Positions 34,499 to 51,412 of a stretch of 64,000 nt of DNA are shown here, in pieces. Both the position numbers and the translations under genes were made by a program. The DNA is from the human T2T-CHM13v2.0 reference genome, Homo sapiens. The notes below the pieces were generated by a model. That model did no database searches and was not told the DNA's origin. It saw nothing but the letters and a program-made list of their open reading frames with translations. Numbering within the stretch: the first letter of the stretch is position 1; each line of letters starts with the position of its first letter. The stretch lies in the NCBI RefSeq assembly GCF_009914755.1, contig NC_060933.1; one strand, 5' to 3'.

Positions 34499-34704
34499 AA
34501 CACTGTTTTTCACTCAGAGTAGTGGAGGAGTTAGGGCAGTGTAGCTCCTCCTGGCTCTCCTCAAGCTGTCCACGTGCCCTAGCTCCTGGTTGATGGTCCT
34601 AGAAAAGCAGCCTTTAGCTCCTATCGAGTGGGGCAGGCTTAGAGAGCAAACAAAGGCTAGTGTCTGGGAAGATTAATTTATGCTTTTAATAGTCTATTCA
34701 ATAA
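34499..34704 (+). repeat. 206-bp local direct repeat, copy 2
   Basis: Ungapped ~91% identity to 31946-32151. Confidence 0.93.
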
Positions 34705-36030
<1,326 letters not shown>

Positions 36031-36082
36031 CCCCATCATTTAATTTAACTTTTCCAAATTGAAGTTTAGAGATATTCAGTCT

Positions 36083-36210
36083 CGCCTGGGTGTTGTGGCT
36101 CACATTTGTAATCCCAGCACTGTGGGAGGCTGAGGCAGGAGGATCGCTTGAGGCCAGGAGTTCAAGATCAGCCTGGGCAACATAGCAAGACCCCATCTCA
36201 AAAAAAAAAA
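36083..36210 (+). mobile_element. FLAM Alu monomer
   Basis: Single arm + poly-A; TSD AGAGATATTCAGTC. Confidence 0.85.
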
Positions 36211-36806
36211 TGTAAGAAAGAGATATTCAGTCACTCACACAGGAGGCAAAAAGCCAGAACTGGAGACCTTGGCTGATGTGACACCTAAGCTGTTGATCTT
36301 TTTCATGAAGGTGAGGCGAACACCTCAGAGACTGGCCTGGAGCCCTTTAGGAAGTTATTGCTGGGTACCATGCCTTTGCTTATCTCCATGGTCATAATGG
36401 GACCAGATTCCCGTACTCACTGGAGCAAATACAAGGCCTGTCCCAAATAGAGATGGGGAAGTGTCCCAGAGAGGTGCTTTAGCACTGTGCTTCCCTACCT
36501 TTCCCCGAAGCTTGTCCATATGGCCAAACAGGAGGACTCATAAAAGTTGAAAAACTCATTGGCTGAATAATGGTGGGAAAATGAGTATATTTTTGTCCAG
36601 AAAACATTCTCAAATGTGTGGGTCCCACACTCAGGGTGACAGTGTGGTATGACCCCAGACTCTGCCATTCATCTTGTACAAAGTTGTGTCTCAGCAGGTG
36701 TCATTGACATTGAACACAACAGCAACAGCATTCTCTGGGATTGTACAGCACGAAGCCTGACACCCTATACTTAATGTCAGGGAAACACTGTGCATGAATG
36801 AGCTGA

Positions 36807-37303
<497 letters not shown>

Positions 37304-37786
37304 AGGAGAGAGTTCTAGCCTTTTGAACACTTTCATCTAGAAATTCCAGTATCCCTGGAAGCCTAAGCTGAAATTAGCTTGTTATTTTCTTGGGGCCACA
37401 CTTACAGGTTTGAGTTTCTTTTGGGAGGCCAAGGGGCAGTTTAAGGACTTGTGGCAGCTGCATCCCCATCTCTCCTCTGAGCACTGGGCTCTGCTCCTTT
37501 ATTCTGTAGGAGGGATTGGGATGGTGCTGATTATCAGGTGCTCAGGGGCATGGCCATGCTTCACCATGGCAGAGTTTGAACTGTGACAGGAGGTGGTAAT
37601 TTCCCTCTGCAGGGATTTCTGTTCTATCCACTTACATGGCTTCAGGTAATGTTCATTTGTCACAGGATAATTTACCAAGCTATTTAGTGCTGTTTTCTAC
37701 TCCCTGCCAAAAAAGATTTCAATAGGAGGAAAAGGTAATTTTATCCTCGTTTCCAGGAAATTCTGGGCTGCCAATCTTAGAGGCCA

Positions 37787-38325
37787 TGTATTAGTTATCT
37801 GTTGCTGCATAACAAATTATTCCAAATCTTAGTGGCTTAAAACAAGAAATACTTATTATCTCACAGTTTCTGTGAGTCAGGCATCAGCTGCTTAGTTGGC
37901 TCAGGGTCTCTTGTAAGCCTGGACTCAAGTTTGGCTATGGTTCCAGTCATCACAAGGAATATCTTGAGGAGGATCCATCTGCTTCCAAACTCACTCACAT
38001 GGCTTTTGGCAAGCCTCAGGTACTCTCTGGCTGTTGTCCTAAATATCAGTTCCTTGCCACATGGGATTCTTTGTTGGGCAGCTCACAATTATGGCAGCTG
38101 GCTTCCCTCAGAGCAGTGAGGGAGGAAAAGAGAGAGGGGAAACAAGATTGAAGTCACTGTAGTTTTATAAGCTAATTTTGAGAGTGACATTTCATCACTT
38201 TTGCTGTGTTCTGTTGGTTAGAAGTGAGTCACTAGGTCCAACCCACACTCAAAGAAGGGGATTACACAAAGGCATGAATACCAGGAGGTGGAGCTCACTG
38301 AGGGTCCTCTTGAAGGTTGCTATTC
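37787..38325 (-). mobile_element. MLT1 MaLR LTR
   Basis: tgtattagttatctgttgctgcataacaaattattccaaatcttagtggcttaaaacaa. Confidence 0.8.
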
Positions 38326-38869
38326 TGGGTTATTAATTTTTTTTTTTAATGTGTGGTTCCCAGCCCCAAACAAAGTTGCAAGACATCTGTTATAAAGCTC
38401 TATCTAGGCCCCTGTGTGGAAGGTGAATTCGGCAGGGTGTTTCTTGGAAGGTATGGGGTCTGGAGATTGAGTTGAAAGACAAGGAGTTGCCCAAGGTTAG
38501 CAATGAGGCAAGGACTTGAGGAGCTGTGGAAGGAAAGTCCACAAGCATCAATTTCCTATCAGGAAGTATCCTATGTGGCAGCAGGAACTTTTGATGACGT
38601 AAACACGTTTGCTGGGGGCAATGAACATCAAACACCATGGTCTCAGTAACTACATAGAACTTACCAGATACCCTAAAGGTCAAAAAGCCTGCAGAGCCAC
38701 CTGCCTTTGAATGGACCACAGGGTCTTGGACAATGAACATCCCCATAGCAAACATGTGCCAAAGATCAAACAACATTTTCTAGGCAATTTGTGACAGATT
38801 TCACCACTAAAGAGTAAAAGAGCCCGCATAGTGACTGATATTGGGAGTCTTCTCATCCTAGTAAATGGG

Positions 38870-39695
<826 letters not shown>

Positions 39696-40665
39696 AGGAG
39701 GTTAGAACCAGATATAATCTAATTTAGAAAAATTAAGCATCACATAGACATCTCTTTTATCATGGTATTATGAAGGTATATTATACTTATATTTATCACT
39801 TACTTCATCTTTATCACTCTTTGTAGTAGGTATCGCTTATTCTTTTTACAGAAAGAGGAACTGCAACCCAGAGAAGTGAATATATGTTTAATGAGCTAAC
39901 ACAGAAGAAGAAACCAGGGCTGGAGAACCCCCTGTATTGTGAGGGGTCATTTGGAATCACCTTACCTGGCTTAAACTAGCAAACGAGAAGGAAGGAAATA
40001 TATTGACTAATATAATAGACAAGTCTGGAGTTAAGACTGCAATCAGGCTGCACCGTTGATTCAGGGGCTCAGTTAAAGCCTTCAGGATGCTGTTTCCCCC
40101 CCGTTCATCTCTATTGTATGCTTCCTCATTTTCAGGCTTCTTGTGGTAGCAGGATGCATCCCAGCAAGTTCAGACCTAAAACTTTCCAGATTCAAGTGCC
40201 CCTAAAGATGTGGTGGCTCTCACAAAAGTCCCTGCCAAATCGTATTGTGTCTTTCAGGTCACATATCCATCTCTGAGTCTGTCACTGGGAGAATGGGATG
40301 CTTTTTTGGACCAGGCCTGACTTACATACCCATCTGGGACAATAGGACTTTCTATGGGGACAACTTCATCTGTACATGGACAGAGACTGAAGAATGGAGG
40401 TAATCTCTCCAGGATTGAGTATTGTTGAGTAGAGGTATAGTTGATTTCCACTGGTAGAAATGATAACTCCAAAGATGACATTTTATTGCTCGATTGGATA
40501 GTACTCAAATTTTCATCTATTAGGTAATTCATTTGAACATTCCTGATGTTACGTCTCCTGTTTTCTGTTCTTTTGACCAGTCTTAACATCTTATTTAACA
40601 TAATTAATTAATGAGTTAAACAAATCTTTAACATCTGTTCACTTTGTGTGAAAGTCATGTTTTTA

Positions 40666-40830
40666 ACTTTCTTTTTTCTGAGACAAGGTCTCACTTTGTT
40701 GCTCAGGCTACGGTGAAGTGGCATGATCACAGCTCACTGCAACCCTGACCTCCTGCGCCTCAAGCGATCCTCCTGCCTCAGCCTCCCAAGTAGCTAGAAT
40801 TACAGGGGGCTCCACCATGCCTGGCTAAGT
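40666..40830 (-). mobile_element. Alu right-arm monomer
   Basis: Flanked by GTTTTTAACTTT direct repeat. Confidence 0.82.
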
Positions 40831-41212
40831 TTTTAACTTTTTGAAAATTGTATTTCAACAATTGAGAGGAAGCTATCTTCCTCTCAGTATCTTCAGGGAT
40901 ATCATAGCTTTAAATTTAGCTAACATTTTAAACAACTTGCCATCCAGGTTAGCCAGACTTCTTGAAAGTGGTTCCTCCAGCCCCCAGCCAAGCTGCCCTG
41001 GCAGATGCTATCTGGAATTGAGATGAGCTGTTCCTTCTGATTCCTGCCCAAATTGTAGATTAGTGAGCAAAATAAATGAATGGTACTGTTTTAAGCCACT
41101 CAGTTTTGGGGTTATTTGTAACACAACAATAAATGAATGATACAAGGAGACTTTCCTTTACATACATCTTTGTCTGAAATTTTTACAACAAACCCTTGTT
41201 ACATTTAAAATT

Positions 41213-41521
<309 letters not shown>

Positions 41522-42724
41522 TACAATTTTTGAATACATATTTTGAGGAAAAATTAAAATTAGAAACGTAGCAAGAGTTTCTTTACGTACTTCCTTTACT
41601 TATATCCTAAGTGATATTCAATTTCAAAGTCATTCTAGTTGTCAAAAGATATTTCTTCAGCAAATACTGCTATGACAGTTACTCTTGATTTCTTAGATCA
41701 TTTTTCACTGAAGAGAACAGAAAAGGTAAGGGAGGATGAAAGCTGTACCTGGACTATAAGGAAAGTAAATATTATCGAGGGCTGAATTTATTGTTCATTT
41801 TCTTTCCTGCTTGATCAATGCTCCTTTCCTGGTATCATGTTCTCCAAACTTCAGGTGAATGGATCAACCTTTTCCCTATTCTCGGTTTGGAGAAAGTGTT
41901 TTCCTGGGTTATATTTTTCATTTATAAGATATCCCCACCTATTGAAGGTGGGGGATTGGGATGAGGCTATTTTTGCTTCAGAACTCATTGGCCATTCCAT
42001 TGTTCCTCAAGAGTGGCTCCACCATGCAAAGTGAGGGCTGGCTGGTTCTGGAGCTGGTTTTTCTCGGGCCCTACCGTGCCCTCTACACCTCACCTGTGTG
42101 CCCCGCTGAGAGCCTGCTTAGGCTTCAAGGCCAACTCAGATGCCCTAACTGGAAATCTCTTGATCTTGCCTGGTATTTAATTCCACTTCTTTTTGAAAAC
42201 TAATTTTCCTTTGCAGAAACACCACTCCCCTACCTCAGTCACTATGGCTTGGTTGGGGCTGATTCCCTTCTCTCTCTCCAAGGGTAAACATACGACCCAG
42301 GCCCAACTAAGCCTGCATAATCCACCCCTTCAGTTACAGTGGTTGGCTCATAGACAGGCAACTAAGCCGGTCCAGTGACATGCAGCCCTGGGTCTTCTGC
42401 TGGGATTAATGGGAAGGAGGTGACCCTTTCCAGTAGGCTGAATCCCAGTTTGTGTGATTTCAAAGACAATGAGGTAGTACAGAAATTGTCTCATCAGCTC
42501 GGGGAAGTGAGAATTTACTAACCCCCTCCTCAGGGATTGGAGGGGGCACAGAGAAATGATGGTGGGAGTTTGTAGTCTGAGATTGAAACCAGGCTTTGAA
42601 TAATCTGAGTTGTGCTAGTTGAAGTCATGGAGAAATAGCAGAAAAGCCTCCGTCTGAACATTGAGAAACACCTTGAGAAAACAGAGGAGCTCAAAGAGGA
42701 ACTTGCAGAAGGCACCAGGGGTAT

Positions 42725-44213
<1,489 letters not shown>

Positions 44214-45795
44214 TGTGGGAAAGCAGGGTAATTCAGCTCACTGGTCTAAGGAGGAAGTTTCACAAGGAAAGCGTGATCCAGTGTTAAGGGCTATAGGTCT
44301 CTCACTAGAGGTAAGGCTAGAGAGATCATGGGTAGCAGTTATTGGTGTCTAATGTCTAAGTATCATTGGAATGGTTATATCTTGAGAAGAAATAATTTTG
44401 TCTAGTTAAAGAGGGTTATTTTGAATGGATGTGAATGAAACTATCTAGGAAAATCAGGCTCGTGAGGCAATCTGCTTGCTCCGTAAAGCCCACAGCTGTG
44501 TGAGGATTGATGTGTCAAAAGGCACCAGCTCTGAATTAAAAGTTCCATGACTGCACAGGATGATGCAACCCAGGGCGGGCTTCTGGCACGCTGCAGCACA
44601 TGGACACAGCCAGCACAGGGACACTGCACACACAAGAGAAGCTGTAGAAGGGAATGGCTCCTCAGGGATCCACAGTGCCCCAACACAGCTTTTCTGTAAT
44701 CTATGACTGAAAGTCTTGGCTTCCACGACTGAAGTTGTCTTCATTTTATCTATTTTTAACTTCAGCTTATAAAAGGCCCCTTATGATTTTGATTTTTAAT
44801 TAGGCTCCCAACTTTATCACTGATCTCCATGCCCTACCCTTACCCAAATGAGTGTGTTAAGTCCTTAAATACACATGGATTTTGGATAATACGTAGTTTT
44901 GTGTGTGTATGTTTAACAGTTATGTAAGTGGCACTGTGCTATAAACATCGAGTTTGTTCTTTTTCCGCTCTACCCTATGATTTAAGTGTTGCTTTATGAA
45001 CATATAGTATGTTGCTTCTCACAGCTGTGGTATACTAAAAGGTGTATTCAGCACGATTTACCCAGCCCTTTCCCTAGTGCTGGACACCTAGCCCACCTCC
45101 AGTTTCCACCACCATAGTTAGGTACGAGAGCAGAATGAATGTAGCAGTACGTCTTGTAGTTGAATGTCCTTCCTTTGCCTGCAATTACTTGTCAGCCTTT
45201 TCTTCTGTTTCTTCCCTTTCTTGGGTAGAGGACAATATCTACCAGAACTCATTTTTAGATCATGAGAACATGCAACGTCTCACTTCTTGTAGAGCAATTT
45301 CTCCTTTGGCTAGTCCAACAACTTTCTCAGAGGTACACATGTGTTTATTAAGTTAAAAAAATAGCACAGTGGTAATTCTCAACTCTGGTTTTGCCTGAAG
45401 GTTGTGAAAATGGGGAAAAAACCCCAACTAAAAATAAAATGATATTTAAACATTTTAATTTAAAAATAAATATATGCCATAAAAAGGCAAGGGGAAGAGA
45501 GAGGAAAAGACAAAAATCAAGTAACCATGAAACATGGAGATGTTTCCAAAGTAAGAAATCGCTTATCCAGAGAGTAAACAACAGTTTGAAAGCTCGGTGT
45601 ATTGAACTCTGAGATAGGAAAGGCAAAAATGAAGAGAGAATAAAGTTTGGGTGTACAGAAAAACCAAAATGTATACAGTCCTCCAGTACCAAGTGCCAAG
45701 CTAGATTGATGTTGAGATAAAACTGCTGCAAAGTGAAGCCAGAGAAAAATTCTTGCTGACTCAAAGAAAGAAAACCATCACATGCAGAATCAATT

Positions 45796-45801
45796 TTTAT
45801 T
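45796..45801 (-). terminator. PRUNE2: Polyadenylation signal AATAAA (distal); further AATAAA at 45880-45885 and 45911-45916
   Basis: tttatt on plus strand; on minus it is followed ~20 nt later by TGTGATGGTTTTCTTTCTTTG. Confidence 0.75.
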
Positions 45802-47680
45802 TCTGAATTATACAGTGAGGCTATATAGATATATTGTGTCATTAAAGACTTTTATATTATTAATCTACATTATGGAGAATTTATTTACCAAAACGAAGTC
45901 TAACAGACACTTTATTCTGAGCAATCCAATGCATGATAGAAAAACCTTTAGATATATAAAAGATTAATTTGTGCACATCTAAATGTTTCTAAGGGAACAA
46001 ACTACTGAGGCATTGTGATAAGACGAGAGTTGCAAACATAGTACCATAACTGAATATTTAAAATTACATCTTAACAAAGGCTAGGAGTAGTGACTTCCTC
46101 ACACACCTCAGAGAATGTCTTAGAGAGTAACCCCATAGAACATTGTATGGCTTCAACAGAAACTTCAGGATTTTCTTCCACACTGAGCTACTGCCCTCAA
46201 ACAAACTTTCTCACTCCTTGACACTATCTTCTGTGCAAATTTCTGTTCTTTCTCTTAATCAAGGAGCTTTGAGAAACAATGCTTTTGCCCCAATGACCCC
46301 TTGGTTCCCTTAACTACAGATCTATAGGAGAAATGCAAAGCAGTTCCCAGAAGTCAGAACCAAAGCAAGAATGTTCAGAGTGCAAGAGCTAGAGAGCTAA
46401 ATCATGTGAATGTTTACCTCTGTCTACCTATCTGCTTAGGGATTATTTTTCTAGGATTCATCTAGGATTCTATTTACTTGGGGTGAATGTACATGGTAGC
46501 TTTTCCCTAGCACATGCAATTAAATTAATTTGTCTTTTAAGATAATAAAATAGCAGATACCTAAATATCAGAGTGGTTATGCAGCCTACAGAACAGCTGA
46601 AACAAAATCATTGGGACAAATGCCCATAATTTTCATGTAGGAAGATGAGGCTTCAAACAGCATACCACCTGAGTAGTTTTCCATAGATGAGCTGGACAAG
46701 TTAAAAATATATATATAAATGGTGAGATTGTTGCTGTGTCTGTTTGGCTATAACAAGAGCCCTCTATGAACAGCTCTATGCCCTCAGGTTTGCACCACTA
46801 CACTGAACACTGGATTTTTCATTACTTCCTGTGACAGGGTGACCATGGAATTCATTTTACAAAATGGGATGCTACTGAGTGAAAGTAGCAAATAGGTGAA
46901 CAAACAGGAATATTGGGTAACTGTATTTACGTCAACACTGTGTTCTGGGAGAGGTGTAATTTGGGCTTTCAAAAGTGGAGGTGGGCTGTGGGAGGGGGTG
47001 GGCTGTAGGGTTTTTCTGTCCAACAAGCCAGATGTTATGAAGGAGGAGATCCAACAGAACATACAATTCAACAAGATACTCGCTTGAAAGGATCAAGAGG
47101 AGAAAAGAGAAAACGATGGAGGCTTATGGAGGAAAGAGGGCTGAACTGCGTGTGTGTGGGCACGTGCGGAAGGACGGGAGGAGACAGAGGTGAAGCAATG
47201 AGGTCAGAGAAACTCAATCACCTGTGCAAAGATGTCGACTTTAAAGTAGTTACAAGCTCCTTCTACCCAGGACTCCAAATATCCTGGACAGCTCTCCCCA
47301 ATGAATTTTCCACCATGAGACTAGGGTGGAACCGCTCTCACCCCTTCATTTTTATTTCTGCCAGCTTCTTTGTAATAGGAGACACTGGAGACTAAGAATG
47401 GTTCCCAGAGTGAGGCACGGACTTCAGCCAACACCTGTATATACTAAAGAAGTGCTTCTAAGAAGGCTTCATTTTGGCAATTGCAACCTAAGCAGTGATT
47501 TTGTGGCTAGGACTCCTCATGTTTTTCAGCAAGCCATTTCTTTTATTTCACTGTCTGTGGATGTCAAAACATTGATTTTTGACAAAAATAAATTAGTTTG
47601 CAGCCTCATTTGTCCGTTCTGTTAGAGAAACTATCTAAATACAAATTGGGGTGGAGTAGGAAAGGATGCGTTTGCTAGAG

Positions 47681-47968
47681 CAGGGGTCAGCAAACTTTTT
47701 CTGTAAACATAGTCAATGTTTTAGGCATTGTGGGACATACGGTCTGCTGAACTGCTCAGCTCTGCGGCTGTAGTGTGAAAGTAGCTGTAGACAGTACAAA
47801 AACAAGTTTGTGTGGCTGTGTTTCAGTACCACTTTATTTATCGGCACTAACATTTGAATAATTTTCATGTGTCATGAAATATTCAAAAAAAATTTTTCCA
47901 ACCCAAAATGTAAAAACCATTCTTAGCTTGCAGTGGTGAGCGAGACTTAGCTGTGGTTTGCCACCCCA
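47681..47968. mobile_element. MER58-like hAT MITE inside the PRUNE2 3'UTR
   Basis: caggggtcagcaaactttttctgtaaa ... ggtttgccacccc. Confidence 0.8.
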
Positions 47969-48976
47969 CCTCACTAGAGGCCTACAGACTTGAAATCTTG
48001 TTGGCATTTTAAAGGGCATATGAAGACTATAAAGGAAATATTTTGTACATGAAAGTAATACTCATATTTAATTTTAAGCCTATGATCAGATTACGGTGTT
48101 TTAAAGCAGATCACTTTTTATAATGCATGCGAGAGAGGAATTCATGAATAACTGAATGCTACCAAATGATTTTTGAGTAGGCCACCTTGCACTTGAGTTC
48201 TTGGCACTTAAAAGGTAACCTCTGGAGCTGAGTTTATGGCCTGAAACTCAGAGAGCTACCAAACATGCAACACGGATTCTTAAATTTCACAATGTGGTGG
48301 TCACCAACATTCATCAGGAAAATGATGTTAAAAGACCAATTTACATAAAATATAATGCCCAATTTGACAACTAAAATAAAGTTGACGTGGATTAGAAAGC
48401 CCGGCTTCCCTTTGAGAAGTTAAAGGAGATTCTGGTAAACAAGAACAAAACGGGCACTTAGCTGATGATGGTTTTACACCTTGTGTGGTTTGTGGCTGTC
48501 CTAGTCAGGCTTAGGATTTTAAAGGTGGAGTCAAACAGGGGAAACTTTCCTGGGGAGAGTTGAGACCTGTGTACTTTAAACCTAATGCAATCACCAAAAG
48601 GAAATCCAGCTAATCTATGGAAACAAATCCACTCATACTTAACAGTGGATTAAAGGTATCTTACTGGTAAACACCAGTCTAAGGGACAAAGTATCACTAC
48701 ACCGTGTTAATGAAGTATTGAAATGGAAGGTCCTACTTTCTTGCTAAGGCTCAACTAAAATCTTTGAGGCACATAATTGGCAAAATAGGAAAGTACACAC
48801 AATTTCATAAAATATCTTAAGAGTAAACAAACTTTCTATTTTTCCCCTTAGAAATTTAGAATGGCACCAGGTAGTGCAAAGTGGAAAAAGGTAACATCAG
48901 CCCTGTCTCTTTCAGGTAGATATGTTTCAACAGAACCATGAACCAGAAAAGCATCCTCTTCTTCCAGCATGGCCAA

Positions 48977-49007
48977 CTAAGGCTTTTCTTTCAGCTTCAA
49001 GTCAATA
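48977..49007 (-). CDS. PRUNE2: PRUNE2 terminal exon, coding part: (D)IDLKLKEKP*
   Basis: Long polypyrimidine tract + CAG acceptor (49008-10); T ATT GAC TTG AAG CTG AAA GAA AAG CCT TAG; matches the PRUNE2 C-terminus as I recall it. Confidence 0.94.
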
Positions 49008-49597
49008 CTGCAAAGAAAAGAAAAAGAGAGAGAAACATGAGAAACCAAATGAGAGACATTTAGTAATGATTTGGGTAGCACTGTGTTTGCTTTTTTCCTC
49101 AAAGGACATACTGAAAATATTTAAATCATGCAAGTTTCTTATAATAGAAAAATCTGGTAAAACCCAATCCTCCTCTTGTCAGGCTTTTCTCCAACATATG
49201 AAATCTGTTTAGTTCTACAAAATCGTTTCTGGAAGCATTTTACACCTTTTCAAAATGATCCAGGGAGGTAAAAAACTCATGTAAAGGCTCATTCCCAAAG
49301 TCAATTAAGATAAGGAGCATTAGTGTATTCCAGAAATCATGCCATTTTATTTAATAAGTGACCTTTCCTTGTGAAGCAAACAAATGTTCTGCCTCAAGTA
49401 AGTAATGTCTGACAAGCACTAAATAGTAAGAAATGGTAAACAACAAAACAACACCAAACATTTTCTAGAAGCCAAAGGAATTGACTGAAAGGGGTTAGCC
49501 TACCTTACTGAGATGGATGTTTATAACTAAAGAAAAGCTTGTTTTTCAGAAGGTCAAATGGGTTCCCAAGTATCTGAGGAGTAAGCCTAAAACTCAC

Positions 49598-49644
49598 TCG
49601 AATCACGTCTCTCTTCTGCTTCTTAGTGAACACAGCACAACTTC
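49598..49644 (-). CDS. PRUNE2: Candidate PRUNE2 alternative exon giving C-terminus (E)KLCCVH*
   Basis: Pyrimidine tract then TAG acceptor (49645-46); donor GA|GTGAGT (49592-97); TAA at 49623-25. Prediction only. Confidence 0.45.
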
Positions 49645-50135
49645 CTACCGCATCCACCCAAGAGGAAGAAAACCAAAAGCCAGTAAATAGAGGAAGAATT
49701 TCAGTTGCGATAAAAGAGAAACTATTAGTTTGAAAAGGGTGATTTGGCACGTATCTGTGGATTTTGCTTATCTCTGCTCCCTGAGCCATAAGCTTGCATG
49801 TTGCAAAGGTTACTGTGCTTTACTTGTGGAATTTGCGGCAGCTGAGCAGTGTTCATTCTAGAAGCTTTGCAAATAAAGCCACTGGCAACTCACGCTGCCT
49901 GCCCATCCAGTTTACAGTAGTAAAGTATCTTTCCTTTGAAATATAGTCAGCAATTCCGTCACTTATTAGCAGTGGGGACTTGGCCAAGTCACCCACCTTC
50001 TCTAAGTTTCCATTTCTGTATCTGTAAAATGGAACGGTCATACCGCTTTCACAGCTTGCTAATGAATAAGTCTAAAGCATTTTCAATTGTACATAATGAA
50101 CATATCATAATGTCTGTTATTATTAGCAGCAATAG

Positions 50136-50480
<345 letters not shown>

Positions 50481-51367
50481 CTCAGTGTTTTTTTGAAATG
50501 AGAAAATAGCTCTTCGCTTTATTACCCTACTTGCAACAATCTTGTCTCCTTTGGAAAGCCAAAATCATCATGAATATTTCTAGTTTTCAGGCCCTCTGAC
50601 TTGTTTTCTTACCTGCAGAGTTTGCTTTAGAGGTATCCTCTTTTTATCCACTGTGACCCCGACATCTTTTTCATATACCTTTACAAAACAGGTCATTTAA
50701 AAAATATACTGTTTTTGCTTTTAAAAGGTCCTTCCTGTTCCCGGAAATCTGTAGTAAGTTTGATTTGGTGATTGGAAATTTGATTCTTTCTCTCACGGTG
50801 TTGGTTGACTTTTTCCCATAGATGAAGAGAATATGTACTAAACCAAAATTTGAGGCACATCGTCTAAAAACTGCGAGAGTGGGTCAGAATATGTGAAATA
50901 GTCTTGGAAGCTTAAAAGAACATGGTCACCTTGTTTCACCATCGGGCCCCTGAGCTAACACTTACACCAGGATGCCCATCTCGATTATTTTTCGTACTGA
51001 CTTTTTTGTAAATCTTCTAGGATTTAATTCATCCCTTCAGCTTTTGTTAACTCAAAAGCTAAAAGACTGGAACCTGTTTACCCAGTTTATGAAATAAATG
51101 AGATAGTCAAAAGTGAACAATTTTCTTGTAAGTAAATACAGGAAACCACTTGGAAGGTTAATATTTGAGAGAACAGCAACGTTGTGGAGTTAACAAAGCT
51201 ATTAACAATGATGCTAATTTAAGCTTCTTCAAATAGAGCCACTCTTGATCACTGTACTTTAAACAAATATGTAAAAATATAAAAAGGCATGTTGCAAGTT
51301 TTGGAACATGAAGAAATTCATAAAATCCAAACCTAAAAGGGAAGGAGACAAGCACCCAGGGCTATTT

Positions 51368-51412
51368 AAAAATAAATAAATAAATAAATACATAAATAAA
51401 TAAATAAATAAA
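51368..51412 (+). repeat. (TAAA)n microsatellite
   Basis: ~10 units with one TACA interruption. Confidence 0.9.

Larger units (their letters stand above)
45780..48976 (-). other. PRUNE2: PRUNE2 3'UTR (~3.2 kb)
   Basis: Follows the TAG stop; mostly unique sequence; ends near a cluster of minus-strand AATAAA with a downstream GU/U-rich tract. Exact cleavage site inferred. Confidence 0.8.

Noticed and set aside
45348-45842. 164-aa minus-strand ORF at the PRUNE2 3' end
   Set aside because: AT-rich, F/L/S-biased, straddles the poly(A) site; no recognisable protein.
49505-49789. 94-aa ORF over the candidate CCVH exon
   Set aside because: Different frame from the phase-2 PRUNE2 reading; no support as an independent CDS.
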